From positions 744,001-808,000 of the forward strand of contig OX597839.1 of the NCBI GenBank assembly GCA_951406725.2: a stretch of 64,000 nt of DNA. Reading direction: 5' to 3'. The notes beneath the pieces are model-generated. The model was not told where the DNA came from and did not search any database. It was given only the letters and a program-made list of their open reading frames with translations. Made by a program: the position numbers and the translations under genes. This stretch comes from Octopus vulgaris (taxonomy: Eukaryota). Within the stretch, counting starts at the first letter, position 1. Each line of letters starts with the position of its first letter. Positions 1-12,519 of the stretch are shown here, piece by piece.

Positions 1-79
1 CGGGGTTGATGTGATCAACTTACCCCTTATCCCAAAGTTTCAAGCCTTGTGCCTACAGCAGAATTATTATCATTATTGT

Positions 80-397
80 CATTATTATTATTATTATTAT
101 TATTATTGAGTGAGAGAGCAGTGCATGCCATCAAAGTGACACTGGGGTAAAATATATGAAGCCTTGTATACCCATTATGACTACCCGTCTGATAAGGGTA
201 CACTGGGCACATGCACCACAACCATATGTGATGATTTCATATCATGGGGATCTCATATCAGGTTAAATAGTGCATAGCCTTGCAGATGGGGCCCAGTTAG
301 AATTTTCTTCTGGTTGAGTAGTCCATCCTGCTCAAAAGGTTCTTGAATAAGGATTGTTTAAGGATGTTGAACGAACCACCCATGTACCCATGTTTCC

Positions 398-450
<53 letters not shown>

Positions 451-600
451 TATGTTTGACTTTTGCTTTATATTTGTACAAGTTGGCTCCAAGTCTCACC
501 CAGAGACCTCAGGAGACACCTGTTTGGAAGTTCATGTTGTTCATGCCTAGAGTGCCATATATTTGGGGTTTTTTTTTGGTGTTGTACTAGTGAATATCTG
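80..600 (-). mobile_element. Two different LINE 3' ends (R4/Dong-like) with (AAT)n tails
   Basis: 447-600 is the reverse complement of the 3' UTR at ~52500-52643. 108-395 is the reverse complement of the 3' end at 7150-7400 (its tip also at 3425-3470). Each ends in (AAT)n. Confidence 0.6.
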
Positions 601-726
601 AAAAAAAAAGAGAAAGAAAGAAAAGAACGAAAATTATGTTTGTTTTAAACCTTGAGATTACATAGAAAGTATTTTGCGTAGGATATGAGCAGTTCCCAAG
701 GGCACTATCTTTTGAATTTCTGACAT

Positions 727-1100
<374 letters not shown>

Positions 1101-1102
1101 AG

Positions 1103-1257
1103 GATTTCTTTGAGAACACTGACATACATGATGCTATCTGTGAAGGCGATGAGAAAATCATTGATAGGCTGATCAGTAATCCCGACATTGATTTCACGAC
1201 CCGTGACCACTTTGGCTATAATGCATTACACCAAGCCGCAATCAAGGGAAATAATTA
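1103..1257 (+). CDS. MIB2-like E3 ubiquitin ligase, internal coding exon A (ankyrin repeats)
   Basis: attag|GAT acceptor and TA|gtaagt donor. Reads DFFENTDIHDAICEGDEKIIDRLISNPDIDFTTRDHFGYNALHQAAIKGNN. The phase-2 end joins exon B as TAT. Upstream exons lie outside the window. Confidence 0.85.
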
Positions 1258-1504
1258 GTAAGTGACTATTTTCATTTAGTTTTGTTGTTGTCACTGATTA
1301 ACCACATTGAGCACACCATATCAAAAATATTCCAGATATAGGATATTTAAGGCTACATTATCTAGTGTGTCATTCTTACCTTTAGCTTATTTTCAGGTCA
1401 GCCCTCAGTAAGTAAACTTAAGATCAAAAGTATTCCAGCCATTGCAAATCCTCAACCTATCTGATTTCAGGCATGTTCTATTCAAGGTTATGTTTTTCCA
1501 ATAA

Positions 1505-1919
1505 CTCTTTACTCTCTCTTTTACTCTTTTACTTGTTTCAGTCATTTGACTGCGGCCATGCTGGAGCACCGCCTTTAGTTGAGCAAATCGACCCCGGGAC
1601 ATATTCTTTGTAAGCCCAGTACTTATTCTATCGGTCTCTTTTGCCGAACCGCTAAGTGACGGGGACGTAAACACACCAGCATCGGTTGTCAAGCAATGCT
1701 AGGGGGACAAACACAGACACACAAACACACACACATATATATATATATACATATATACGACAGGCTTCTTTCAGTTTCCGTCTACCAAATCCACTCACAA
1801 GACATTGGTCGGCCCGGGGCTATAGTAAAAGACACTTGCCCAAGATGCCACGCAGTGGGACTGAACCCGCAACCATGTGGTTGGTTAGCAAGCTACTTAC
1901 CACACAGCCACTCCTGCGC
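1505..1919 (-). mobile_element. tRNA-derived CORE-like SINE (family 1)
   Basis: Head GCGCAGGAGTGGCTGTGTGG, B-box-like GGTTCAGTCCC, CORE-like CTTGGGCAAGT and (AAAGAGTA)n tail. Multiple copies in the window. Confidence 0.85.
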
Positions 1920-2044
1920 TTTTTCTCAAATAAGACGGTAGGATTGAATTCAAAGGAGTTTTAGTGGCTATTTCTAGCAGACTGAGTAAAGACACAGTGC
2001 AATATCAGGTACCTCTATGTCATCCCTGAATCTACCTATGCCTT

Positions 2045-2341
2045 TTCTATAGATCGTGCAGGATCATCTACCTGAAGAGATTCGTGGTTTGTCTGCCTTC
2101 CTACTTATTAAGACTTTGGTTTTAGCTAGGTTGACTCTAAGGCCCTTTGATTCTAGACCTTGCTTCCATACCTGCAACTTGTCCTCTAGTTCTGATAGTG
2201 ACTCAGCTATTAGGGCAATGTAATCAGCATAGAGAAGGTCCCAGGGGCATCCTGTCTGTAATTCCTCTGTTATTGCCTGGAGGACTATGATGAATAAGAG
2301 GGGGCTGAGGACTGGTCCTTGGTGGATCCCTACCCCTATCC
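2045..2341 (-). mobile_element. RTE-clade LINE RT fragment
   Basis: GIHQGPVLSPLLFIIVL...LLYADYIAL...GLRVNLAKTKV. A related fragment lies at ~6300-6660. Confidence 0.8.
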
Positions 2342-2357
2342 ATAAATGCAAAATGTG

Positions 2358-2538
2358 ACCTCGTGTGTACCGTTGGCGAGTTTTTTTCCTCTGTCTTCCC
2401 TTCTCCTATGTTTCCGACGAAGAGCTCCACTCGAAACGTTAAACCCTCCTTCTTCCCTTCTTTCCTGAGCGTCCAATAATACTATATTTGTTCCACGTCC
2501 TTGCGTTGTTGAGTTTTTTTGTGCTTTCTTGTTTGGAT

Positions 2539-2545
<7 letters not shown>
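2358..2545 (+). mobile_element. Penelope-like pLTR fragment with a degenerate hammerhead motif, ending in (TA)n
   Basis: GTTT-CCGACGA-A-GAG-ctcca-CTC-GAAACGTT-AAAC at ~2410-2444. Confidence 0.55.
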
Positions 2546-2574
<29 letters not shown>

Positions 2575-3049
2575 CATATACATGCATGTGTGTGTATGTG
2601 TGTGTGAGTGTGTGTGTGTGAGTGGGTGTCTCAGATCATTTGTATTTCTAACGAACTTACTAATGCTCCTTTCATTAAATACAATAACACTAAGTCGGTC
2701 TGGTTGTATATCTTTCTCACCACATATATTTCTTGTAAACTTGTTATGAATCCATAGAGCAGATATGTTGGCATTAAATTCTCATTGTACTAATACTTCT
2801 GTCTTGAAGGCATTGAGCTGGCAGAATCGTTAATAGGCTTGGTGGCATTTTGTCCATCTTTACATTTTGTGTTCAAATTTCTCCAAGGTTCACATTTCCT
2901 TTCCTCCTTTACAGGTCAATAAATTAAGTATCAGTCAAGTACTGGGGATGATGTAATCAATTTGCCCCTCCCCTAAAAGTGCTCATTTTGTTCAAAAATT
3001 TCAAACCAATAATATGTTTGTCTTCATTTTTTTTTCCATTATTCTTCAG

Positions 3050-3176
3050 TGCAACGGAAAGGATTCTGCAAAAATGCAAAGACATTGTTGATATTAAAAC
3101 GGAAGATGGTTTTACTGCATTACATTTTGCAGTTATTCATGGTCACCAAGAAGTTGCTAATACACTACTAACTTTG
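3050..3176 (+). CDS. MIB2-like exon B (ankyrin repeat)
   Basis: ttcttcag|T...TTG|gtaagt. Reads ATERILQKCKDIVDIKTEDGFTALHFAVIHGHQEVANTLLTL, matching the Mind bomb VD-K-EDGFTALH ankyrin motif. Confidence 0.9.
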
Positions 3177-3224
3177 GTAAGTGTTCACTTTATGAGAGGG
3201 TGCTGAAAAGTTACTGGTTTGGGT

Positions 3225-3396
3225 AAAAGAAAATACAGGAAAAATTTCCACTTTTTTCCTTATTGTCCTAAAATTTTCGTTAGTCTTGCAACCTTTTCAA
3301 TAGTTTTCACTCTCAAGACTATTGAAAAGGTTGCAAGACGCAACGAAAATTTTAGGACAATAAAAATAAGAAAAAAAAGTGGAAATTTTTCCTGTG
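3225..3396. mobile_element. Fold-back element with hammerhead-like arms (copy 1; copy 2 at ~3940-4095)
   Basis: ~80-bp inverted arms. The arm reads CTA-TTGAAAA-G-GTTGC-aagac-GCAAC-GAAAATTT-TAG. Confidence 0.6.
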
Positions 3397-3469
3397 ACAC
3401 TGGGGTAAAATATATGAAGCCTAGTGTCACCCCAGTGTCACTTTGATGGCATGCACTGCTCTCTCACTC

Positions 3470-3519
<50 letters not shown>

Positions 3520-3529
3520 TAATAATAAC

Positions 3530-3627
<98 letters not shown>

Positions 3628-3637
3628 CAATAATGAT

Positions 3638-3706
<69 letters not shown>

Positions 3707-3716
3707 TAATAATAAC

Positions 3717-3769
<53 letters not shown>

Positions 3770-3782
3770 CAATAATGATAAT
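3470..3782. repeat. (AAT)n microsatellite
   Basis: Directly visible. Confidence 0.95.
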
Positions 3783-4546
3783 ATTCTGTAGGCACAAGGC
3801 CTGAAACTTTGGGATAAGGGGTAAGTTGATCACATCAACCCCGGTACTTGACTGGTGCTTAATTTATTGACCTTGGTGGAAAATAATGATGATAATGATG
3901 ATATTGCTTTATTAACCCTTAGGGATCAAAAAGGTTGGGGACATTACTTTTTTTTTCTTATTTTTATTGTCCTAAAATTTTCGTTGCGTCTTGCAATCTC
4001 TTCAATAGTTTTGACTCTCAAGACTATTGAAAAGGTTGCAAGACGCAACGAAAATTTTAGGACAATAAAAATAAGAAAAAAAGTGAAAATTTTACCGTTG
4101 AGTGTGTTAAATAATAAGGCACAAAAAGAAAATGACTCTCCCCAGACACAATAGAATATGCTTCAACACACGAACTCATATAAAGAATCTTGCAAACCAA
4201 ATCCAAAAACAAAATACAGGAAGATCAGTTAATTATGATTTTATTGAACATATTCCCTTCTCAGATTCACACATTTATTGCAATGACCTTCAGGTTTTCT
4301 ATATCCTGTAAAAGAACTCAGAAAGTTGGGCCTGCAACCAGACTTTTTGCAATACCCTTAAAAGCAGGGACTTTTCAGTGCACCCTTGTATAATCCTTCT
4401 ATCCAATTTTATTTCATTCTATTATAAATCAAACATTGAAGGAATTTTATTTGATACTCTCCAGTCATATGTGTGTGTGTATGTGTGTGTGTATGTGTAT
4501 ATATGTGTATATATATGTATATATATATGTGTATATATGTGTATAC

Positions 4547-4578
<32 letters not shown>

Positions 4579-4659
4579 AAACATACATATATATATATGT
4601 TGCAGGGATGTACTTGCATAGAAGGTGACCTGATTGGAGATTGTGTGCTGAAACAAAAA

Positions 4660-4952
4660 CAATTGCAGCATAGAAGGTGTTTATAAGCCATTTTAAAACT
4701 CACAAAAACATTTAGATTCACAACAACATTTAAATTTAATTTGTCAAAATATTTCCATTGCTTTGAAACTGAGACTTGTTCTCTGACAAAATTCCATTCT
4801 GCATCTCATGCAGCGTGGAATTTTGTTAGTGAACTCATCACGGTCTCAAAGCGACAGAAATACTTCAACAAATAAAATTTTTAATGTTGTAGTGAATCTA
4901 ATAGTTTTTGTGTGTTTTTAAATGGCTTATAAACACCCTCCATGCTGCAACT
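4660..4952. mobile_element. Diverged fold-back element (~140-bp arms)
   Basis: TTGCAGCATAGAAGGTGTTTATAAGCCATTT at the left pairs with AAATGGCTTATAAACACCCTCCATGCTGCAA at the right. Confidence 0.65.
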
Positions 4953-4971
4953 GGTCATATATATATATATA

Positions 4972-5451
4972 TATTATATTAAATTAGAGACAAAACCACT
5001 ATTAGGCAAATCATACAATGAAAAACTTAAGCCAATACATAAGATTATTTAATTTATATTATTTAAATATATAACAAAATTATTAAAAAAATATAATTAA
5101 TATAACACTACGATCGTTAATTTCTTTAAATTTTCGATTGTTTAAACCTCGCCAAGATAAATATTTAAACCACCTGATGAATGACTGTAACTCGAAAATT
5201 TAAAGAAATTAACAGCCATGATCGATCGTAGTGTTATATTAATTATATTTTTTTAATAATTTTGTTATATATTTAAATAATATAAATTAAATAATCTTAT
5301 GTATTGGCTTAAGTTTTTCATTGTATGATTTGCCTAATAGTGGTTTTATCTCTAATTTAATATAATATAATATTTTACTATAAAATTGGATTCAATCCTA
5401 AATCTGATTTTTCCCTGTAAGTTTGGATTTATTCCCTAATATTTATTATTA
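4972..5451 (+). mobile_element. Penelope-like non-autonomous element (inverted arm plus tail) in (TA)n; truncated copy at 5672-5810
   Basis: ~145-bp near-perfect inverted repeat, central CTGATGA hammerhead relic, and an unpaired 3' tail shared with the short copy. Confidence 0.65.
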
Positions 5452-5628
5452 TATATATATATATATGTGAGTGTGTGTGTGTGTGTGTTTATAGTGAGAA
5501 TTTACAAAGAAAGAAGAGACATGTTTCCGGGCCCATTCCCACTGCGTACCACCTTGGGCAAGTTATAGCTTCGGTCCGACCAAAGCCTTGTGAGTGGATT
5601 TGGTAGACGGAAACTGAAAGAAGTCCGT

Positions 5629-5678
<50 letters not shown>

Positions 5679-5805
5679 TATTAAATTAGAGATAAAATTA
5701 GGTTTTATCTCTAATTTAATATAATATAATATTTTACTATAAAATTGGATTCAATCCTAAATCTGATTTTTCCCTGTAAGTTTGGATTTATTCCCTAATA
5801 TTTAT

Positions 5806-5843
<38 letters not shown>

Positions 5844-7590
5844 TAGCAGCTACACTCTCAGAGAATCCACTCCCCACTACTGACTTGGTCACCTAGGTAA
5901 TACAAGCTATCAACTACTTATAGTTTTACCCACTGGCATGTGATGGAATCTGTTTTTTGCACATCTTCAGTGTTCATTGCCCTTGTGCATCTGCCACACA
6001 CAAAAACTGTCTTCCCAGTTAACCATCCTTTGAGGGGGCAAGTCAGTTAGATTGACTCCAATATGCAACTGGTATTTAATTTATAGACCCCCAAAAGGAT
6101 GAAAGGCAAAGTCAACCTCGGTGGAATTTGAACTCCAAACGTAAAGACAGATGAAATACTGCTAAGCATCTTTCCCAGCATGCTAACGTTTCTGCCAGCT
6201 GCTGCCATAACCATCCTTTGTTATTATTGCATCTTTTATGTATCCATAGCTTAAACTTGTTACATCGTATGGAATTTCTACGTATGCCTTTTCTCTTTTC
6301 TACAGATCAGTAACTACCTGAAGGGAGTTATGATTTATCTGCCTTACTACTTACTAAGACTTTGGGGTTTTACTAGATTTACTCTAAATCCCTTCAATTT
6401 TAGACTTTGTTTCCACACCTGAAACTTCTCTAGTTCTAGTAGTGACTCAGCTATTAGAGCAAGGTCATCAGCATAGAGGTGTTCCCAGGGGCAGCCTGTC
6501 CTTAAATTCCTCTGTTATTTCCTAGGGAACTATGATGAATAAGAGGGGCTGAGGACTGATCCTTGATAAACCCCACCTTGTACTCTGAATTCCTTGCTAT
6601 ACTCATTGTCAACCCTCACCTCATGGGTAGCATCCCTGCACATGGCTTGTACAGCTCTCACCGTCTATCCCTAGTTTCCAAGGAAGCAAACTTCTTACCA
6701 CACTGCCACACCTGCACCTTTAATAATAATAAATGCCCTGATGCAGTACCAGGCAATGGCTTTCATGGCTTTTAATCCAAACTCATTGGAAGTGCTATCA
6801 TTTATATGTTTTGTCTTGATAAAAAAAGCTGGGCTGCAGCAAATATTCTGCTCAATGCCACAGATTTGCTTGTCAGTTTTTGACCTTAACCGGTTGAGCA
6901 TGTCCCTTAGTGACTGATGATTTTTGTATCTCTGATCACAGGGGAGCAATGTACATAATGATGCATTAAAATATTCATAAATTCCATCCAACTATTATTG
7001 TTATTATAACTATATATGTATGTATATATGTATGTGTGTGTGTGTTTGTGTATATGTATAGCATTTACACACACACACACACACACAATAATCGTTGGAT
7101 GGAGTTTATGTGTTGAGAGGAATTCTTTGGGATTTGCAGGTGTGTTTCATACATCATCCTTAAACTAACCTTTTTCAGGGACCTTTTGAACAGGATGGGC
7201 TACTCAAACAAGAAACTTTTAACTGGGTCCCACCTGCTGTTTATCTTGATATTTGATCACTTTGTCATGCAGATATGTTTGTAATGCATGTGCTTGGTGT
7301 ACCCTTATCAGATGGGTATCCATGATAGGTATACTGGGTTTCGTTTATATGTACCCCAGTGTCACTTTGATGGCATGCACTGTTCTCTTATTTAATAATA
7401 ATAACAAGAAGAAAAATAGTACTACTACCATAACCACTCTGATCACGACTATTCTTACGTCAGTGACCAATACTACCCTGTCATCCACCTCCACCACAAC
7501 CTCCATCCTCATCACTACTACCACCACCACCACCATTATCAACACTAATGCTATTTCTTACCACCAACATTTCTATCTCTTTTCTTCTAG

Positions 7591-7800
7591 GGAGAGGCTC
7601 AGGTGGATATTCGAAACCACTTTGAACTGACACCATTTCTCCTGGCTACCAGCGGAGACCATATAGGTTTGATTGAATTACTCTTGACAAACGGGGCCGA
7701 TATCAATGCTGAAGACAAAGATGGCAACACCTGCCTTCATTTTGCCATCTCAAAGCAGACTATCTATGCTAGTGATGAAGATTCAAAACTACTAGAAGAC
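7591..7800 (+). CDS. MIB2-like exon C (ankyrin repeats)
   Basis: ttctag|GGA...GAC|gtaagt, 210 nt, phase 0/0. Reads GEAQVDIRNHFELTPFLLATSGDHIGLIELLLTNGADINAEDKDGNTCLHFAISKQ... Confidence 0.9.
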
Positions 7801-8449
7801 GTAAGTGACATTTAAATTTTATTCAAGTCTGTATGTGTCCATTTAAAGGTAATTACCTGCAAATACACATATATGGCAGGGTGATAAACACCATTTTAAC
7901 CCTTTAGTGTTTAAACTGGCCATATCCGGCCAAAATATTCTACCTATTTTATGTTCAAACTAGTCAGATATGGTCATTCATAGCTACCTTATTGTGTCAT
8001 TTTAAAAATAAATAATCACATCATTGAAATCTCAAAGCCATGAAATGATGCAAGATTAATTTTACATGGTGTGAATACATAAGCTTTACATTTGACAGAA
8101 TAATCTGAATGCTAAAGGGTTAAAACAGTAAATAGATGTTTATCAGATCAATTCTCTTATTTTCTTCTAAAATATTTCAACATTCGATATTCTGTATATT
8201 CAGTCTTTCAAGCTTTCGGTGTTTTGATATTAACCATTGCTTCATTATATTAATTCAAACAAACATTCAAAGATTACAAATGTCCAAGAAAAAAAAGTGA
8301 GAAGATAATATGTAAGAAATCCCACATCAAATTAACCACATATCAAAAGATGTTTATTGTTTTGAGAACCAATCGAAATATGGAGATATTGTATACTTGT
8401 TAGGGACGTAGCACGGACTCATTAATGAAACATATAATTTGTGGCAATA

Positions 8450-8848
8450 CTCTTTGCTCTTGCTCTTTTACTTGTTTCAGTCATTTGACTGCGGCCATGC
8501 TGGAGCACCGCCTTTAGTTGAGCAAATCGACCCCGGGACTTATTCTTTGTAAGCCCAGTACTTATTCTATCTGTCTCTAAGTGACGGGGACGTAAACACA
8601 CCAGCATCGGTTGTCAAGCAATGCTAGGGGGACAAACACACACACATACACATATATACATATATACATATATATATACATATATACGACAGGCTTCTTT
8701 CAGTTTCCGTCTACCAAATCCACTCACAAGGCATTGGTCGGCCCGGGGCTATAGCAGAAGACACTTGCCCAAGGTGCCACGCAGTGGGACTGAACCCGGA
8801 CCCATGTGGCTGATTAGCAAGCTACTTACCACACAGCCACTCCTGCGA
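8450..8848 (-). mobile_element. SINE family 1 copy
   Basis: Near-identical to 1505-1919. Confidence 0.85.
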
Positions 8849-8944
8849 CTATTGGTTTTATTCTAACAATTTTTGGTTTTATTCTAACAATTTTTGGTTT
8901 TATTCTAACAATTTGTTTCTTTTCTATTTTCCTTACTTGTACAG

Positions 8945-9117
8945 ATTAGCATTCATCTCGGTTTAGGTGGAGATGAACTCCCTTGGGAGGTCATAGCTGG
9001 TTATTTAGTACAAAAAGGTGCAGACATTTATCACAGAAACCACCAAAATGTTATGCCATTGGACATCACATGTGACCAATCATCAATAGAGAAACTGGTG
9101 AAACTTGCCTCAATGTT
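8945..9117 (+). CDS. MIB2-like exon D (last ankyrin-like repeat)
   Basis: tgtacag|ATT...TT|gtaagt. Reads ISIHLGLGGDELPWEVIAGYLVQKGADIYHRNHQNVMPLDITCDQSSIEKLVKLASM. Phase is consistent with both neighbouring exons. Confidence 0.85.
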
Positions 9118-9712
9118 GTAAGTATGGAAGGACAATGGCAACATAAACTCATTGCTTCTCGATTAAGTTTCAGATATGAATCCAAAAGTTATGCTTTTAT
9201 TCTATGAGGAAAACTTTGACAAGTCAGTCAGTCACCGGCTGACACTCGCTGACGATACATCGAAGAGGCCAGGGAACAGAAGAAAGAAGAAGAAAGAAGA
9301 CATGCACCCAACACCAGGGCTGAAGACACCTTCGAAAGGGGTGGGCCGCCACGTCAAAATGGTAGAGGAGTAGGGGCCGAAACCGGGCGTGGTTCCTCCT
9401 GATGATGTCTTGAGTTTACTGGATCCTATAAAGGAGCTGTTGTGGCATCAGACCACGAAACACGGTTGTAATTCCTCCTTACTTTTTTAAAGCAGGAATG
9501 GCATCTGAGGAAGAAATAAAATTATTCTCAATGAGAGATCTAATCTTGGGAAAGTTTCCTTTTGTATTAAGGCAGTAACCAACTTTTGTTTTTTACAAGC
9601 ATGAACTCTCTATGATACATAATGTATGTACAGCTTCATATATATATATACTAACTTTACTATAAGCTGTAATATTTAATGTGGTATGATATATAATACA
9701 TATTTAGTTAGT

Positions 9713-10010
9713 GAGGGTGCGTGGCTTAGTGGTTAGGGCATTCGGCTCATGATCGTAAGGTTGTGAGTTCGATTCCCGACGACGCGTTGTGTCCTTGAGC
9801 AAGACACTTTATTTCATGTTGCTCCAGTCCACTCAGCTGGCAAAAATGAGTTGTACTTGTATTTCAAAGGGTCACGCTGATTATCCCCGAGAACTATGTT
9901 AAAGGTACACGTGTCTGTGGAATGTTCAGCCATTTGCACGTTAATTTCACGAGCAAGCTGTTCCGTTGGTCGTATCAGCTGGGACCCTCGTTGTCGTAAC
10001 CGGCGGAGTC
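9713..10010 (+). mobile_element. tRNA-derived SINE with V-like central motif
   Basis: A box TGGCTTAGTGG, B box GAGTTCGATTCC, and GTGTCCTTGAGCAAGACACTT. Its 3' half is shared with 35490-35850. Confidence 0.8.
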
Positions 10011-10090
10011 TTTAAGATTTAGTTAGTTGGTCTGCTTTTGTAAATATTCTCTCCTTAACTGATTACTCTGTGTTTTTCCTTTTTCCATAG

Positions 10091-10290
10091 CACAACTGAA
10101 CAGTCTAAGGAGGAACATACTGCAGAACCACAAACTAATACCAGAGATTGTTTGCTGTGTTCTGAGGAACAGGCCAATATATTATTCCAGCCATGCAGTC
10201 ATGTGTTGATCTGCGACAACTGCAACAAAATTATTCCAATCGAAAACTGCTTGCAGTGTAATGAGCCTATAGCTAACAAAATTAAAATTC
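10091..10290 (+). CDS. MIB2-like exon E (RING finger 1, C3HC4)
   Basis: ccatag|C...C|gtaagc. Reads DCLLCSEEQANILFQPCSHVLICDNCNKIIPIENCLQCNEPIANKIKI. Confidence 0.9.
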
Positions 10291-11106
10291 GTAAGCAAAA
10301 TTTTTTTTTATATGTACACTATAAGTTTCTTTGTGTGTTAATGTTACTTTGCCTATTAATTATCCCATTTTTCTGCCTACCACCTTCTTTAACTCTCAGC
10401 CAAACGATTAATCTGTTGCTTTGTTTCCTTGTCTCTCTCTGTCAATATTTGTCTGACTGGTTCTCCATCAATTTTCCAGTTCATTTATCTACCATTTAAT
10501 CTCATTCACTGTCATTCTGTTTGTTTTTCTATTAACCATTTTACTCACCTATCTGGCTATATGTTTCTCTGTGTTAAGCACTTTATATCTATGCCTGCCC
10601 CTCCCTCCCTCCCTCCATCTATCAGTCTGTCTGTCTCTCTATATGTTAAGCTCTTTTGGCTTGTCTTCCCACGGATAAACCTTATCTGCTTCCCCCTTTA
10701 CACTTTACATCATGACACTGTGATACACGATCTCTATTGATCGTTTTTCACCCCCTTTTTTATTTTTCTTTCCCTTTTACGATCCCTTTTGATCGAAAAC
10801 CTACCCCACCCTTTTTTTTTCTCTCCCCCAAAAAGAAAAGTTCTACTTTGTAATCTGTCCCGTCTGTGTGCAGCCCTGTGTGGCTAATAAAGAAACATAT
10901 TTATCTGCTTCAATACTTCACCCAACGAGAACTTGGTTGAATAGTTGTAAGTCTGGTTGATGAATGTTTCATGACTGACTACTCATCGATATTTTTTATT
11001 ACTTGCTGCATCTGGGAGAAAACACAGTACCCATGACTATTGCAGATGCACCAAGACGAGTGAAACTGATGCTCCTTGAAAGTTTGTAAATTATTATCTA
11101 CAGGAT

Positions 11107-11518
11107 AGGCGCAGGAGTGGCTGTGTGGTAAGTAGCTTGCTAACCAACCACATGGTTCCGGGTTCAGTCCCACTGCGTGGCATCTTGGGCAAGTGTCTTC
11201 TGCTATAGCTCCGGGCCGACCAATGCCTTGTGAGTGGATTTGGTAGACGGAAACTGAAAGAAGCCTGTCGTATATATGTATATATATATAAGTGTGTGTG
11301 TATATGTTTGTGTGTCTGTGTTTGTCCCCCTAGCATTGCTTGACAACCGATGCTAGTGTGTTTACGTTCTCGTCACTTAGCGGTTCAGCAAAAGAGACCG
11401 ATAGAATAAGTACTGGGCTTACAAAGAATAAGTCCCGGGGTTGATTTGCTCGACTAAAGGCGGTGCTCCAGCATGGCCGCAGTCAAACGACTGAAACAAG
11501 TAAAAGAGTAAAAGAGTA
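11107..11518 (+). mobile_element. SINE family 1 full-length copy
   Basis: Complete from head to (AAAAGAGT) tail. Confidence 0.9.
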
Positions 11519-11883
11519 GGACGGTCATAAACAAAGAGCGGTCTTTCAAGGTTCAGCATTCCGGGAATGAATGCTGTTTTATGGTAATTAGTTCCGGGTC
11601 TGGAGTTGGATATAATGAGGGTGACAAGAAGTGGAGAGCCAGTGGGACTGGAATAACTGAGTGGAGATGACATGACTTCAGTTCACTCCGGGGAACAGAG
11701 ACCGTTATTGTAATCATAAACTAATCAGTGTGAGTGACAGGGTCAGATATTGGAGCCTGCCTGATCATACATGAGTATGTCTGAGAACAGCTGAATTTCT
11801 CTGAGAGTGGATTCCTCTCATATACTTGGCTGGCCTTTGCTGGATATATCCATGGAAGTTTATGTCGAATGTTTCCAAAATCC

Positions 11884-11995
11884 ACTATATTATTCCAGCC
11901 ATGCAGTCATATGTTAATCTGTGACAGCTGCAGCAAAAAAGTTCCATTCAAAAAGTGCTTGAGCCTATAGCTAGCAGTAGAAGTAAAATGTAACC
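11884..11995 (+). pseudogene. Degenerate duplicate of RING exon E (pseudo-exon)
   Basis: ACTATATTATTCCAGCCATGCAGTCATATGTTAATCTGTGACAGCTGC is nearly identical to the exon E sequence near 10176-10223. A 10-nt deletion before GAGCCTATAGCTA shifts the frame. Confidence 0.75.
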
Positions 11996-12099
11996 AATAT
12001 TTTATTTTTTGTTCATTAAAACTTATTTTCCTTCAGTTTTGATTTCCAATATTTTCCATCATAGCTTCCAAAGTATTGTTGTATGCAAATGACTACTTA

Positions 12100-12206
<107 letters not shown>

Positions 12207-12337
12207 ACGTACATACATACATACATACATACATACATACATACATACATACATACATACATACATACATAGTGGTAGTATGTAATGCGTACATTCAGAT
12301 GTTTTGGTGAATATTTCTTGCATATTTGTCATTCCAG

Positions 12338-12519
12338 AAGATGATCAGGAAGAGAGAGTTGTGAATTTGATAACGAAGTTTACATGCAAAATTTGTTTGA
12401 ATTGCTCTTGTAATATGGCATTTGATTGTGGTCACACAGCTTGTACAAAGTGCGGAGAGCGTTTGAAGGAGTGCCATGTATGCCGTAAACCAATTCAGAA
12501 GAAATTGAATCTATTCTAG
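12338..12519 (+). CDS. MIB2-like terminal coding exon (C-terminal RING, stop TAG)
   Basis: ttccag|AA acceptor (NAGNAG). Reads DDQEERVVNLITKFTCKICLNCSCNMAFDCGHTACTKCGERLKECHVCRKPIQKKLNLF*. Ankyrins followed by two RINGs ending at the C-terminus is the MIB2 architecture. Confidence 0.9.

Noticed and set aside
9240-9480. CTGACGA/CTGAAGA/CTGATGA with downstream GAAAC motifs in intron D-E
   Set aside because: No convincing stem I could be paired. At most a very old relic.
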